DNA of 64,000 bases, taken from NCBI GenBank assembly GCA_964588335.1, contig CAZPOV010000020.1:1-64000 (forward strand). The letters are read 5' to 3'. Both the position numbers and the translations under genes were made by a program. This DNA comes from an uncultured Pseudobdellovibrionaceae bacterium. Lineage in GTDB: Bacteria; Bdellovibrionota; Bdellovibrionia; Bdellovibrionales; JAGQZY01. The notes beneath the pieces are model-generated. The model made no database searches. It was given only the letters and a program-made list of their open reading frames with translations, and had not been told where the DNA came from. Below are positions 45,583 to 54,966 of the stretch, in pieces; position 1 is the stretch's first letter, and the number at the start of each line of letters is the position of its first letter.

Positions 45583-47481
45583 TCACTGGCTGGCTGAGCA
45601 GTAATTCATGACCTGTGCTGGGAACCGAGTGCCTTTGAGCATTTGACAAAGTTTGGATTCGGGTGGATTCGACATTTTGGCCAAAGTTTTTTGAATCATC
45701 GATTGGTACCTATCAACACATTCACCCATGGCCACGGTTTGAAAATCTTTTTGTAAGCCCTCGGGCATCATTTCAATGGATGCCAGCATATTTTGAACGG
45801 CTAATTTTTGCCGTCGACTCTTGCAGAAGGACGAATCAAAATCAGAGCGATGGGCTTCAGCGTAGACCGACAAAGCATAGCGAGGCAAATAATGATAAGT
45901 GATTTGATCGGCCATCGACAACAATGACTCGACGCCAACAGGAGCCCGTCCGATCAGCTGAAAAAGATGGTCGATACAGTTGGTGGAACCAGACTGAAGA
46001 CAGGCCTGCATGGCTTTTTCCACCCACTGACTGCGGGCTTTAATAAACTCAGGATATTTCTTTAACTGATTGAACGAGTAAATTGTGTCATCCAAGCGCT
46101 GAATCGTGTCCGCCTTAATTTCACCTTGATTGCGCCATTTCACAAGAGCCACAGTCACTTCCACCAAAGCCTCTTCCCACTGCTGGTTTCGCTTTTGGGG
46201 ATCCACGGTTTTTAATGTTTGTAAGGCTTCTTGCCAATTCTCCTGGCTGATCAGGACTTGCACTTGACTCATGGTTCTGACTTTTGAAGTTTGATACCAT
46301 TGACTGTAGCCCATCCAAATTGACTGAGCCACAAACAGACCGACCAACAGAGCCATGGCGGCCCAGCGCCAAGAACTGCTTTTAAGGGATGTCGCCCGGG
46401 CCTTGTTGCCGCCGGCCCCTGGCAGCGCTCCCACCGGTACAGAATCGGAGATCACGAACTCTGTGTCTTCATCCGTGACCCCATTCATGTATATTTTTGC
46501 TTGTGATAAAAGGTTTTGCAGCTTTTCTTTTTCTTTGTCTATTTCTGTTGTGAACTGAGATTCAATCCATGTTTTCACTACTGGCACCACAGAATGCCCT
46601 TCACAAAGTCGAGTCGACTCTTGATAGACTTCTTCACGAAACTCATCGATGTTTGGGTATCGATCCTGGGGATTATGTTCTAAGGCTTTTAAAATAATTC
46701 GACTCAAGTTTTCTGAACATTCTGGGTTGAACTCTCTTGGATCTTTAATTTCAAACTCTTTTAATTTTTTTAGGTACTCGGCACTGCTATGGGCCGCAAA
46801 AAGTTTTTGGTTGGCCACCATGTTCCATAAAACAACGCCCAAGGAAAATATATCGGTACGGCAATCAATGCTTTCACTGGCATTGGCTTGCTCTGGAGAC
46901 ATATAAAAAGGTTTGCCTTTTAAGACTCCATGACCGGTGTGAGACAGGTTGTTGGCGACCTTGGCGATACCAAAATCAAGAATTTTTACCTCAGAACTAA
47001 AGCTTAACATGATATTGTGAGGCGATATGTCGCGGTGGATGATATTCAACGATTCCCCGGTCAGCTTGTCTTTCATGTTGTGAGCGTAATACAAGCCCTT
47101 TGCTACCTCATGGGCGACGAATAAAGCCACCGACAAAGGAATTTTCTCTCCCCGTTCATTGAGCTCCGACCAAATTTCATTGATGGTTTTTCCATAGACG
47201 TATTCCAGTTCGATGTACTCTCCCGAATTGCCATAGGAATTCAAGTGGACGATATTGGGATGATTCATTCGGGCTGAGACTTTAATTTCATCTAAAAACA
47301 TACTGCGAATCTGCGGATCACGCTGAATCATGGAGTGACTTTTTTTAATCACAACCAAACGTGAAACAGGATCCCGAGTGATTGCACGGAACACTTCAGC
47401 CATGCCGCCACTGCCACACCGATCGAGCAAAAGGTAGTCCTCATACTCGCAGGGAAATATGTTTTTCATAGTGAAATTCAT
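45583..47481 (-). CDS. Hanks-type serine/threonine protein kinase with TM segment and helical extracytoplasmic C-terminal domain
   Basis: G-loop GSGGMAEVFRA, catalytic loop HRDISPHNIML, DFGIAK, YMSPEQ. The TM segment is WRWAAMALLVGLFVAQSIWMGY. Confidence 0.9.
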   Translation of the reverse strand: MNFTMKNIFPCEYEDYLLLDRCGSGGMAEVFRAITRDPVSRLVVIKKSHSMIQRDPQIRSMFLDEIKVSARMNHPNIVHLNSYGNSGEYIELEYVYGKTINEIWSELNERGEKIPLSVALFVAHEVAKGLYYAHNMKDKLTGESLNIIHRDISPHNIMLSFSSEVKILDFGIAKVANNLSHTGHGVLKGKPFYMSPEQANASESIDCRTDIFSLGVVLWNMVANQKLFAAHSSAEYLKKLKEFEIKDPREFNPECSENLSRIILKALEHNPQDRYPNIDEFREEVYQESTRLCEGHSVVPVVKTWIESQFTTEIDKEKEKLQNLLSQAKIYMNGVTDEDTEFVISDSVPVGALPGAGGNKARATSLKSSSWRWAAMALLVGLFVAQSIWMGYSQWYQTSKVRTMSQVQVLISQENWQEALQTLKTVDPQKRNQQWEEALVEVTVALVKWRNQGEIKADTIQRLDDTIYSFNQLKKYPEFIKARSQWVEKAMQACLQSGSTNCIDHLFQLIGRAPVGVESLLSMADQITYHYLPRYALSVYAEAHRSDFDSSFCKSRRQKLAVQNMLASIEMMPEGLQKDFQTVAMGECVDRYQSMIQKTLAKMSNPPESKLCQMLKGTRFPAQVMNYCSASQ

Positions 47482-47598
47482 ACTTTAAAATCGGTCGTTC
47501 TTAGAAAAAACTCGAGAGGGCCAAAGGCCAAGGTAAGATTCTAAAAGCCAGCCTTAAGGCCTAGACTCTGTTATCAAAAACGGCTTATTCCAATGCAC

Positions 47599-48828
47599 TT
47601 AATAGTGCAGCATAAACGTCAGACCGGCCACAGACTCATGATCGGCCCAAAGGTTGGTGGCGGTTAAACCCGCGCCATAGTCGGTTTTTTCAAAATAAGC
47701 CCCCCACCTTAGTTTATTACCTTTAAGATAATGGTTGAGACCAACCAGCCACGACGATTGGTTGAAATCGGTATTTTCTTTAAAACGGTTCCAACTTTGC
47801 CATCGCGCAAAAGGGGCTAAGTAGTGAAAGTCGGTTAAGACATACTCCACCTGGGCAAAGGCGCCTTCACTTTTGCCGGTATTCAGCGGTTGGCTGGCAA
47901 AGCTTTCAATAACTCCATCAAACAGAGAGTACTCAGTTAAGAAAGAAAAGGATCGATAGTGAAAAGAGAGGTCAAAATTAAACAGCTGACGGTCCACTTC
48001 ACCGCTAATACTACCTACAGTGTAATTGATGTTATCAACGAAAAAAGCGCCAGCGCCGACAGCAAAGTGCTGTCCTTGTCCCAAAAAGGTCTCGGTTATT
48101 TTTTTGAGCTCCCAGCCAGCCAACGGAGAGGCTCGCAAGCGTGCACCATAAGCGAAGTTTTGACTGTTGAGAGTGGCTGCGGCTAAGCCCAGGGCATCAA
48201 AAAAGGCCGCCTCTTGTAGACTATCTCCAACCACAATTTGTGCTCGCAATCGATTGCTCCAATTGGCCAACAACTGGAGATTACTGGCTCGTCGCCCGGT
48301 GGAAATAAAACTGGCGGAATAGTCTGAAACTGAGGCTCGTATTTGGTGCAGCAAGTCCGCCGAGCTAGAGGTTTGAGAATAGGAAACCTGGTATTTACTG
48401 CGAAACACTCGCAAACTCAGCGGTTCGTAATTCCAAAGGTTTTCCACCTGAAAATAGGCATCTCCTAGTGCGAAACCATTATCGGAGGCGTTGATCTGAT
48501 CGACTCCATCGGCACGAACATCCATATAAAAAGACATGTCCGAACGCATTTTTGCAAGCACTTGTAAACGGGCCCGGTTGATATAAAAATCCTGTTGAGT
48601 GGGAGCTTGCGTTCCGTTTCCTGTTGTCGAGTTTTGACTGACGGCCATTCCTTGTAAACGGGTGCCAATACGCAAATGCAAATCACTTTCGGCAGATGGG
48701 TTTGCTATTTCCACGCCCCACTTGAAACTTTCAGCACCGGCTCCAAAATCGTAATCCAGGGTCTTAGAAGGACTGGCCCACAGACAGAACGTAGAAAGTA
48801 AAATAATAAGAATAAGAGCAAACTTCAT
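47599..48828 (-). CDS. Outer-membrane porin-like beta-barrel (possibly phosphate-selective porin O/P-like)
   Basis: Signal peptide MKFALILIILLSTFCLWA, alternating strand pattern throughout, and an aromatic C-terminus ...LTFMLHY. Confidence 0.55.
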   Translation of the reverse strand: MKFALILIILLSTFCLWASPSKTLDYDFGAGAESFKWGVEIANPSAESDLHLRIGTRLQGMAVSQNSTTGNGTQAPTQQDFYINRARLQVLAKMRSDMSFYMDVRADGVDQINASDNGFALGDAYFQVENLWNYEPLSLRVFRSKYQVSYSQTSSSADLLHQIRASVSDYSASFISTGRRASNLQLLANWSNRLRAQIVVGDSLQEAAFFDALGLAAATLNSQNFAYGARLRASPLAGWELKKITETFLGQGQHFAVGAGAFFVDNINYTVGSISGEVDRQLFNFDLSFHYRSFSFLTEYSLFDGVIESFASQPLNTGKSEGAFAQVEYVLTDFHYLAPFARWQSWNRFKENTDFNQSSWLVGLNHYLKGNKLRWGAYFEKTDYGAGLTATNLWADHESVAGLTFMLHY

Positions 48829-48947
48829 TGATCAACCTATTTTCCGGAAAAAGCATTTGCGACTACGAGTAGGAGAGTAAAACTTTTTTCAAGGTTTCAT
48901 CAAGATCAGGTCAAGAATGCTGTTGCTGCGCATTAAATAGGATCTGC

Positions 48948-49793
48948 TTAAGAGGCCGATCTTTCGAATTCAAAAACACCGCGATCGAGATCAAAAATGA
49001 TCTTGTGAAGATTTTCTTCGGTAATTCTTTCCGACTCCGGACGTGGGCGAATAAATCCGATGGGCTGCGGGCGGGCTGGAGCGTCCGTGGTATTTTGCTT
49101 TGGTGGCACAAAGCCAATCGGGCCTGGCTCAACAACTTCCTCAAATTCAACCAGTTCACGAATTGTTTTTTCTAAATTTTTTGGATTTTGAATCTCGAAG
49201 CCCATGGGAATTTTCTCAACAGCATCGCTATCATTTTCCGTCTCGCGTTCGCGGGCTCGAAATCCAATCGGCTGGCGAGCCACTGAATCACTATGAAAGC
49301 TCTCTGAGGATTGATCTCGTCCAAAGCCAATGGCTCGACGCTGTTGGCGGGCCTCATACTGCGCTTTTAACTCCGCCACATCATTTTGCACACGATTCTG
49401 TATCGCCTCTTGCATGGCATTGTTACCGATCTCTAAACGGATTTGTAACTTTTCAATCAATTGCTCGGTCATTGACGCTTTTTGAGCCTGAACTTCAGGC
49501 GGCATTTTTTGAAAATTCATAGCGATTATATAATCGACGGCGGTGTCCAAAATGCGGTTGGCTAGTACCACCAAGCTATGAATCTGTTGGTTGGCCTCTG
49601 AGCGGATTGTTGTTTGACTCAACTCTTGACTGCGGACATCCAGTTCTCGCATCAGTTCATTGGCCATTAAAAATTCAAGACCATTGGTCTGAGTTTTTTG
49701 ATAGATTTCGGCACATTGAAAATTGGCCGTTGCGGTGTTGGTTAAGCCTAGAACCGCGAAAAATAGGATTCCCAATAGTACTGATAACTTCAC
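48948..49793 (-). CDS. Secreted protein with five [PA]-[IM]-G-F repeats
   Basis: Signal peptide MKLSVLLGILFFAVLGLTNTATA and a helical N-terminal half. These are followed by RRAIGFGRD, RQPIGFRAR, KIPMGFEIQ, GPIGFVPPK and PQPIGFIRP. Confidence 0.55.
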   Translation of the reverse strand: MKLSVLLGILFFAVLGLTNTATANFQCAEIYQKTQTNGLEFLMANELMRELDVRSQELSQTTIRSEANQQIHSLVVLANRILDTAVDYIIAMNFQKMPPEVQAQKASMTEQLIEKLQIRLEIGNNAMQEAIQNRVQNDVAELKAQYEARQQRRAIGFGRDQSSESFHSDSVARQPIGFRARERETENDSDAVEKIPMGFEIQNPKNLEKTIRELVEFEEVVEPGPIGFVPPKQNTTDAPARPQPIGFIRPRPESERITEENLHKIIFDLDRGVFEFERSAS

Positions 49794-49960
49794 TCTGCCC
49801 CCCCCCGATTGGATTCACATCCCCAGAATCCTCGACAGGTCTATCAGAACTTTTAGTGATTATCTCTAATAAGTAATCAGAATAACTCGATTATAAAATA
49901 TTTAGGTGAATCGTCGAGATGTTCTATAAAAACAACACAGCTTGCTCAAAAAAAATGCAC

Positions 49961-51574
49961 TTATTGGACAGGTTTGCCGTGAGAAAAGATCCGGGTGACT
50001 CTAAGTGCTCCTGAAGAATCGTACCAACGACTCTCTCCATGGAGTTGGCCCCTGTGGTAAGAAAAATCACCTTCTAAGCTCCCATCCGGGCGAAACAACT
50101 GATGCCGCCCCTCTTTTTGCCCCTCAACCCAAGTGATTTTTCCGTAAAGTTGACCGTTGGCGTGAAAATACTCGGCCACACCATGGTACTTGCCAGCGAC
50201 CAGAGGAATTTTTGACCGAAGGGCTCCGTCAGGATAATTCACAGTTTGGTACTTGTCCGGCGCAGGGAATTTTGGAAACTGAGCCTGCCAATTTTTCAAT
50301 TCTTTGATGGGTGGTCGTTGGGAGTCCTCGATCTTCTTTGTCCTTCGCTTCGATGGAGACTCGATATTGTACGACGAAATATAAGGAACCCCTAAAAAGC
50401 CCATTTTGAGTTCACCCTTGATCATTGATCGATCCACCATCGCTTTTTTAAAAATCTTTTTAGCCACCCGAACCTCTGAAGACTCATCGATTTTCAACAA
50501 ATATTGCGCTTGTGGTTCTATCAGATCAAATTTCAACCGGTAGCTGCGGCTGTTTTTATTTCTCACCACTCTTTTCGAGGTGACCGGCGCTTCGAACCTT
50601 TGAGTTCGACTGGCAACAAACCGATCGATACCAATTATCAAATTTGTGCTGACCGCTATCATTGTTAAAAAATACAGCCAGAGTGGAGTTTCCGTTCCAA
50701 AACCTTTCTGTAGGGTAAGACTAAATAAGTTGTTTTTAAACGCCAGGGCAAGACCGCATCCCATCGCCACCGCATAAAGACCGAACGTTAAAACAGCTGA
50801 ATAATAGTGCAAAGGAGTTGACACCAAAAGCAGCGTAAAAAAACCAATGAATCCAAAAACTCCAGCGAACACGAAACTTATAAAGTAGGCATATTTCTTT
50901 TTACGAAAACTTTGTGCTGTCTCACTGAAAGGCGAGCGATCTTCAGGTAAACCAGAAAGTCGATGCAAAGCTTTGTACATTTCTTTTTTTTGTTCTGTCT
51001 TCAAAGGGTTCTTGAAGCGAAAGACATCCTCGTCGGCTCCTGGCCTTTTCAGTTTAACAATGAATTGTGGCGGCGAGTTTTTGCTACCAGGCTGGGTTTC
51101 AAGATCAGTAATCGACGAAATATCGAAAACGAAAACAGAGTCACCCTCTTGTTTGTAACGCTGCGGGTTTTTACCGTAAGACAGGGAAGCAGGAAAGCTT
51201 AATTGATGGGGTGAAATCACAATGCAAGTCGTTGCTGGGTTATCCAATTGTTTATTTGTTTTTTTCACATCGGATTTTCTTTTATTGATCAGATAGAAGA
51301 CAATAACAGCGCTGAAAACCGTGCCTAGAATCACCGGTAAAAGCAGCAAAGATTTCGAATTTCCACCCACAACAAAGAAAATGGCAACAAACGGAATGAC
51401 AGTGGCAAATATCGCAGAGACCACTATTAACCTTTGAGCTTGCAGTGTGGTCTTTGAAGCCACCGGTATCTTCAATGAGTCTTTATGGTAATGGTACCTT
51501 TGTTCTTTTTTAGCCATCATCATAAATCTTATCGGATTCCAGAGGAGGATTTTGAGTTTCGAAGCATGCATCAA
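49961..51574 (-). CDS. Polytopic membrane protein with C-terminal MORN-variant (YwqK-like) repeats
   Basis: The C-terminus YPDGALRSKIPLVAGKYHGVAEYFHANGQLYGKITWVEGQKEGRHQLFRPDGSLEGDFSYHRGQLHGESRWYDSSG shows the G-x-x-x-G/H-G-x-x-x-x-Y/W periodicity of MORN variant repeats. Several TM helices lie upstream. The start is uncertain. Confidence 0.65.
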   Translation of the reverse strand: MMHASKLKILLWNPIRFMMMAKKEQRYHYHKDSLKIPVASKTTLQAQRLIVVSAIFATVIPFVAIFFVVGGNSKSLLLLPVILGTVFSAVIVFYLINKRKSDVKKTNKQLDNPATTCIVISPHQLSFPASLSYGKNPQRYKQEGDSVFVFDISSITDLETQPGSKNSPPQFIVKLKRPGADEDVFRFKNPLKTEQKKEMYKALHRLSGLPEDRSPFSETAQSFRKKKYAYFISFVFAGVFGFIGFFTLLLVSTPLHYYSAVLTFGLYAVAMGCGLALAFKNNLFSLTLQKGFGTETPLWLYFLTMIAVSTNLIIGIDRFVASRTQRFEAPVTSKRVVRNKNSRSYRLKFDLIEPQAQYLLKIDESSEVRVAKKIFKKAMVDRSMIKGELKMGFLGVPYISSYNIESPSKRRTKKIEDSQRPPIKELKNWQAQFPKFPAPDKYQTVNYPDGALRSKIPLVAGKYHGVAEYFHANGQLYGKITWVEGQKEGRHQLFRPDGSLEGDFSYHRGQLHGESRWYDSSGALRVTRIFSHGKPVQ

Positions 51575-51702
51575 TCAAAAGTTCCTGATTCGTTGCTATC
51601 ATCTTAGGCCGCCCCAAAGTCCAGGGAACTGAAGACCTGCTGAACTTCCGAAAGTGAATTTAAGCCTTCCTAAAACTATATTGCTTTGCTAGACTTTTAA
51701 AG

Positions 51703-52203
51703 ATGGATTTTTCCTACAAAACAAAAGCCGAAGGCTCCACCGTTGAACTGCATCTTATTGGCTACTTCGATGAATTTGCGAAACTCCCTTCTCATGAAGA
51801 CTTTTCCGAATACTCGAAAGTGATTATTGATTTTAGTGCTGTGGAGTTTATCAACTCCGGTGGAATAAAGGTTTGGCTGGGTTTTTCGGACAATATTGGC
51901 CTGATCGATACTCTCACCTCTGAAATGCGCGGTTGCCGACGTTTTGTTGTTGACCAGGTCAACATGATTGAAGGCTTTGTACCTAAAAATGGTAAAGTCA
52001 CTTCTGTTTACGTTCCTATTTTCTGTGACAAATGCGAAATGAGCTATGATGTTCATCAACCCATAGCCACTTTGGATAAAGACTTTCCCGATGTCTTCGA
52101 CAAAGTGAAGCCGGATAATTGCAAAGAGTTCCCCAAGTGTCGAAAATATTTCGAACTGGATATCGTTAAAAATAGTTACTTTCGATTTCTTGATAGCGAA
52201 TAA
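51703..52203 (+). CDS. STAS-domain protein with C-terminal four-Cys extension (paralogue A2)
   Basis: Aligns with A1 and A3: IIDFSAVEFINSGGIKVW, VNMIEGFVPKNGKVTSVYVPIFCDKC, CKEFPKC...YFRFL. This paralogy shows the + strand ORF is the real one, not the antisense 51697..52227. Confidence 0.7.
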   Translation: MDFSYKTKAEGSTVELHLIGYFDEFAKLPSHEDFSEYSKVIIDFSAVEFINSGGIKVWLGFSDNIGLIDTLTSEMRGCRRFVVDQVNMIEGFVPKNGKVTSVYVPIFCDKCEMSYDVHQPIATLDKDFPDVFDKVKPDNCKEFPKCRKYFELDIVKNSYFRFLDSE

Positions 52204-52411
52204 ATCTGGCTCTGTGTTTCCATTCAACTTTATTTTTAGAAGTGTCTGGCTTTGATTCTCGCGCCTTGTTTATCGAACGACTCAAAAAGAGAAATTTGAC
52301 TCAACCCTTAAAACCCTCTCAAGTCTGGCCATCAACTTGAAAATTCATGGAATTTGGCATTCAATAGAAGACTAGGCATTTATTGACTTTATAAATGAAG
52401 GGTTCCCGTCA

Positions 52412-53398
52412 ATGGCTTTCGCAGTGAAATTACTTGGTGTCCGTGGCACTCTCCCCACTCCGTTGACTCCGTCACAACGAGACGACAAAATCAAACAAGC
52501 CATACAGGCCTTTATAGCGTCTCCTCAAGCCTCGGTTTTTGAAGTCCAAGAATTCATGAAAGACTACCCAGCACACCTTAGGGGCGGCTACGGAGGCCAT
52601 ACCTCCTGCGTCCAAATTTCCTCGAAAAGCGAGCAACTGATTATTGATTGCGGCACTGGTCTGAGCCAATTGGTTCCTGAACTCGCTAACACTGAATTCA
52701 AAGAAGGGAAAGGGCAAATCCATATCTTAATGACACACTTTCATTGGGATCACCTGATGGGACTTCTCACCTTTTTCCCCCTTTTTATCAAAGGCAATAA
52801 GATTCATTTCTATGCCGTTCAGCCTGAGCTTGCGCAAGTTATAAAAGCCATTTTTCAAAAGCCCTTCTTTCCTGTTCCGTTTGAAAGTCTGGGAGGGACT
52901 CTGTACTTCCATCAACTCAGTCCGCGTGAACCTCGACCTATCAATGGATTTAACATTACACCTTATCAATTGGACCATCCAGACCCTTGCTGGGGCTTTC
53001 GAGTGGAAAAAGATGGGGCCGTCTATTCCCACTGTGTTGACACAGAAGGGGTCAGACTGACTCCTGAAGAGCTGGGCCCAGACCTACCACTCTATCAGAA
53101 TGTCGACCTGATGCTATTTGACTCCCAATACACCATGCAAGAGATCACTGAAAAGGTGAACTGGGGTCACGCTACGGCCAACTTTGGAATTGATCTCGCC
53201 CTGACTCAAAATATACGTAAGATACTCTTTGCCCACCACGATCCTTTTGCCAGTGATTCTAAAATCAAAGAGACGAGCGTGCAGGTGCAGCACTACTATG
53301 AAAGCATGTGTCGAATGTACAAAAAGAACAATATACCCTTCAATGATGTGGAATGGGACATTGCTCGCGAAGGCATGAGAATTGAGGTCAAAGTATGA
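52412..53398 (+). CDS. MBL-fold metallo-hydrolase
   Basis: HxHxDH motif in ILMTHFHWDHLMG. Further ligand candidates are LDHPDP, CVDTEG and FAHHDP. The N-terminal LGVRGTLPTP...GGHTSCVQI pattern occurs in a widespread uncharacterised MBL subfamily. Confidence 0.9.
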   Translation: MAFAVKLLGVRGTLPTPLTPSQRDDKIKQAIQAFIASPQASVFEVQEFMKDYPAHLRGGYGGHTSCVQISSKSEQLIIDCGTGLSQLVPELANTEFKEGKGQIHILMTHFHWDHLMGLLTFFPLFIKGNKIHFYAVQPELAQVIKAIFQKPFFPVPFESLGGTLYFHQLSPREPRPINGFNITPYQLDHPDPCWGFRVEKDGAVYSHCVDTEGVRLTPEELGPDLPLYQNVDLMLFDSQYTMQEITEKVNWGHATANFGIDLALTQNIRKILFAHHDPFASDSKIKETSVQVQHYYESMCRMYKKNNIPFNDVEWDIAREGMRIEVKV

Positions 53399-53892
53399 GC
53401 GAATTCACAAGTAAATATGCGCCTGATCAAAACGAGGATATGGTTTTCTTTTTTTCGGGCATTATCGACAGCAGAGCTCAGTTGCCAAACTTGGACGATA
53501 GCGAAGATTCGATTATTCGCATCGACCTTGGCGACTTGAAAATGATGAACTCTGGCGGCATTCGAGAATGGATTTTATGGATAGAAAAATATAAAAACAA
53601 AAGCTTTTCTTTTTATCGGATTCCCACTTTCTTCACAAACCATCTGCAATTGGTCGAAAATTTGATACCGACAGACAGCAACATTGCTTCTTTCTTTGTG
53701 CCCTATTTCTGCCCTCAATGCGATACAGACAACGACCTTCTGTTTTTTCGCGATAAAGAATTCACCAATAGCGGTGAGGTGGTTTTATTAGTCAAAGCAC
53801 AATGTGCTGACTGCAAAGTTCCCATGGAACCGAGTATTCGCGCTGATCGGTTTTTTAGAGCTCTGAAACTGCGCCCACCCCAAGTTTGGTGA
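53395..53892 (+). CDS. STAS-domain protein with C-terminal four-Cys extension (paralogue A3)
   Basis: RIDLGDLKMMNSGGIREW, LQLVENLIPTDSNIASFFVPYFCPQC, CADC...RFFRAL. Its start overlaps the MBL stop (ATGA at 53395-53398). Confidence 0.7.
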   Translation: MSEFTSKYAPDQNEDMVFFFSGIIDSRAQLPNLDDSEDSIIRIDLGDLKMMNSGGIREWILWIEKYKNKSFSFYRIPTFFTNHLQLVENLIPTDSNIASFFVPYFCPQCDTDNDLLFFRDKEFTNSGEVVLLVKAQCADCKVPMEPSIRADRFFRALKLRPPQVW

Positions 53893-54717
53893 TCAGGTGG
53901 AAGGCGAATGTAAGTGGATGTGCCGACTGACTTGTGAATCAATGGTGCGAGCCGATTTAGGGCAAAGCACCGAGGTGATCAAAGTCTGCTCGCCTTCTAA
54001 AACCCCCAGGTAAAAACTGGTACTCAGGTTATAGATGAGATAAGCTCCAATTCCAGCCCCACCTTCACCTTGATTCATCATTTGACGAGCGCCTTCGCGA
54101 TAGCAACGGGCAATTCTATCAAGATATTTTTTCATATCCAAGGAACCATAAAAATCACGACATGAAATGACCGTACGTTGGTCTTTAAACCCGATGATTA
54201 TTTCACCACCCTTGTCTTCAGGCAAAACGATCTTTTGGGTGCGATCAATCAGCTTCCCTTGTCCAACAAAAGGAGCATTGTAAATGACGTTGGTAAAAAG
54301 CTCATCAATGATTAACTGAGAACGCTCTAAAATAACTCGGGGTCCACCGCCGGACTGTTTAATAGCCTCTAGGGCTTTACTCAAAACCATCTGTTTTTGG
54401 TCGGAACGGTGGAATGGAATTCGACACAAAGTCATCCGCTGATTGGATTCCTCTTGCACAGACTCAGGTGACAGCACTGTAGCGACGGGAAATTTAAAGT
54501 AGTTATCGGGATTTTTCAACATTTCGACACCCGAGCTAAGCTCTTCGTCGAAGTACATTAAATTTTTATTCACAACATGGGGAACTTGGTGATCGAGAAA
54601 CAGGCGAAGTGTATCGTGTGTATCGACCTCTTCAGTGACATAGACCTTTTCGCTTCCACGTTCTGGTTGTTTATCTTTGTTGAAATGAATTATGAGGTCC
54701 TTGTTGGAGTCTGCCAT
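53893..54717 (-). CDS. GHKL ATPase / anti-sigma-factor-kinase-like protein (paralogue B2)
   Basis: IIDELFTNVIYNAP, ISCRDFYGSLD and EGGAGIGAYLIY align with B1 (14150..14893). The ~130-aa N-terminal region is not similar to that of B1. Confidence 0.6.
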   Translation of the reverse strand: MADSNKDLIIHFNKDKQPERGSEKVYVTEEVDTHDTLRLFLDHQVPHVVNKNLMYFDEELSSGVEMLKNPDNYFKFPVATVLSPESVQEESNQRMTLCRIPFHRSDQKQMVLSKALEAIKQSGGGPRVILERSQLIIDELFTNVIYNAPFVGQGKLIDRTQKIVLPEDKGGEIIIGFKDQRTVISCRDFYGSLDMKKYLDRIARCYREGARQMMNQGEGGAGIGAYLIYNLSTSFYLGVLEGEQTLITSVLCPKSARTIDSQVSRHIHLHSPST

Positions 54718-54966
54718 TTTTGTATTTTCTCCCCTCTGAAGGTCGTTAGTCTCATTATAGAAGATTAACGGCCCTTGAGCAAAAAATAGCCAGCTCCGCC
54801 CTAGACTGAGGCGAAATCAGGTAAATATCTGTTTTTTATGGACTTCCGAGGATTACAAAAGGTCTTTCGATTAATGTTTTATTAAAAATTCCATAGTATT
54901 TTGAAGCTTGCAAATAAACCTTTGCAAAGGTCCTAATGAAATCTCATCCATGTCTTATTTTTAGAC

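Noticed and set aside
51697-52227. 176-aa minus-strand ORF almost coextensive with STAS paralogue A2
   Set aside because: The plus-strand product aligns with A1 and A3 over its full length. The minus-strand product has no paralogue or motif.
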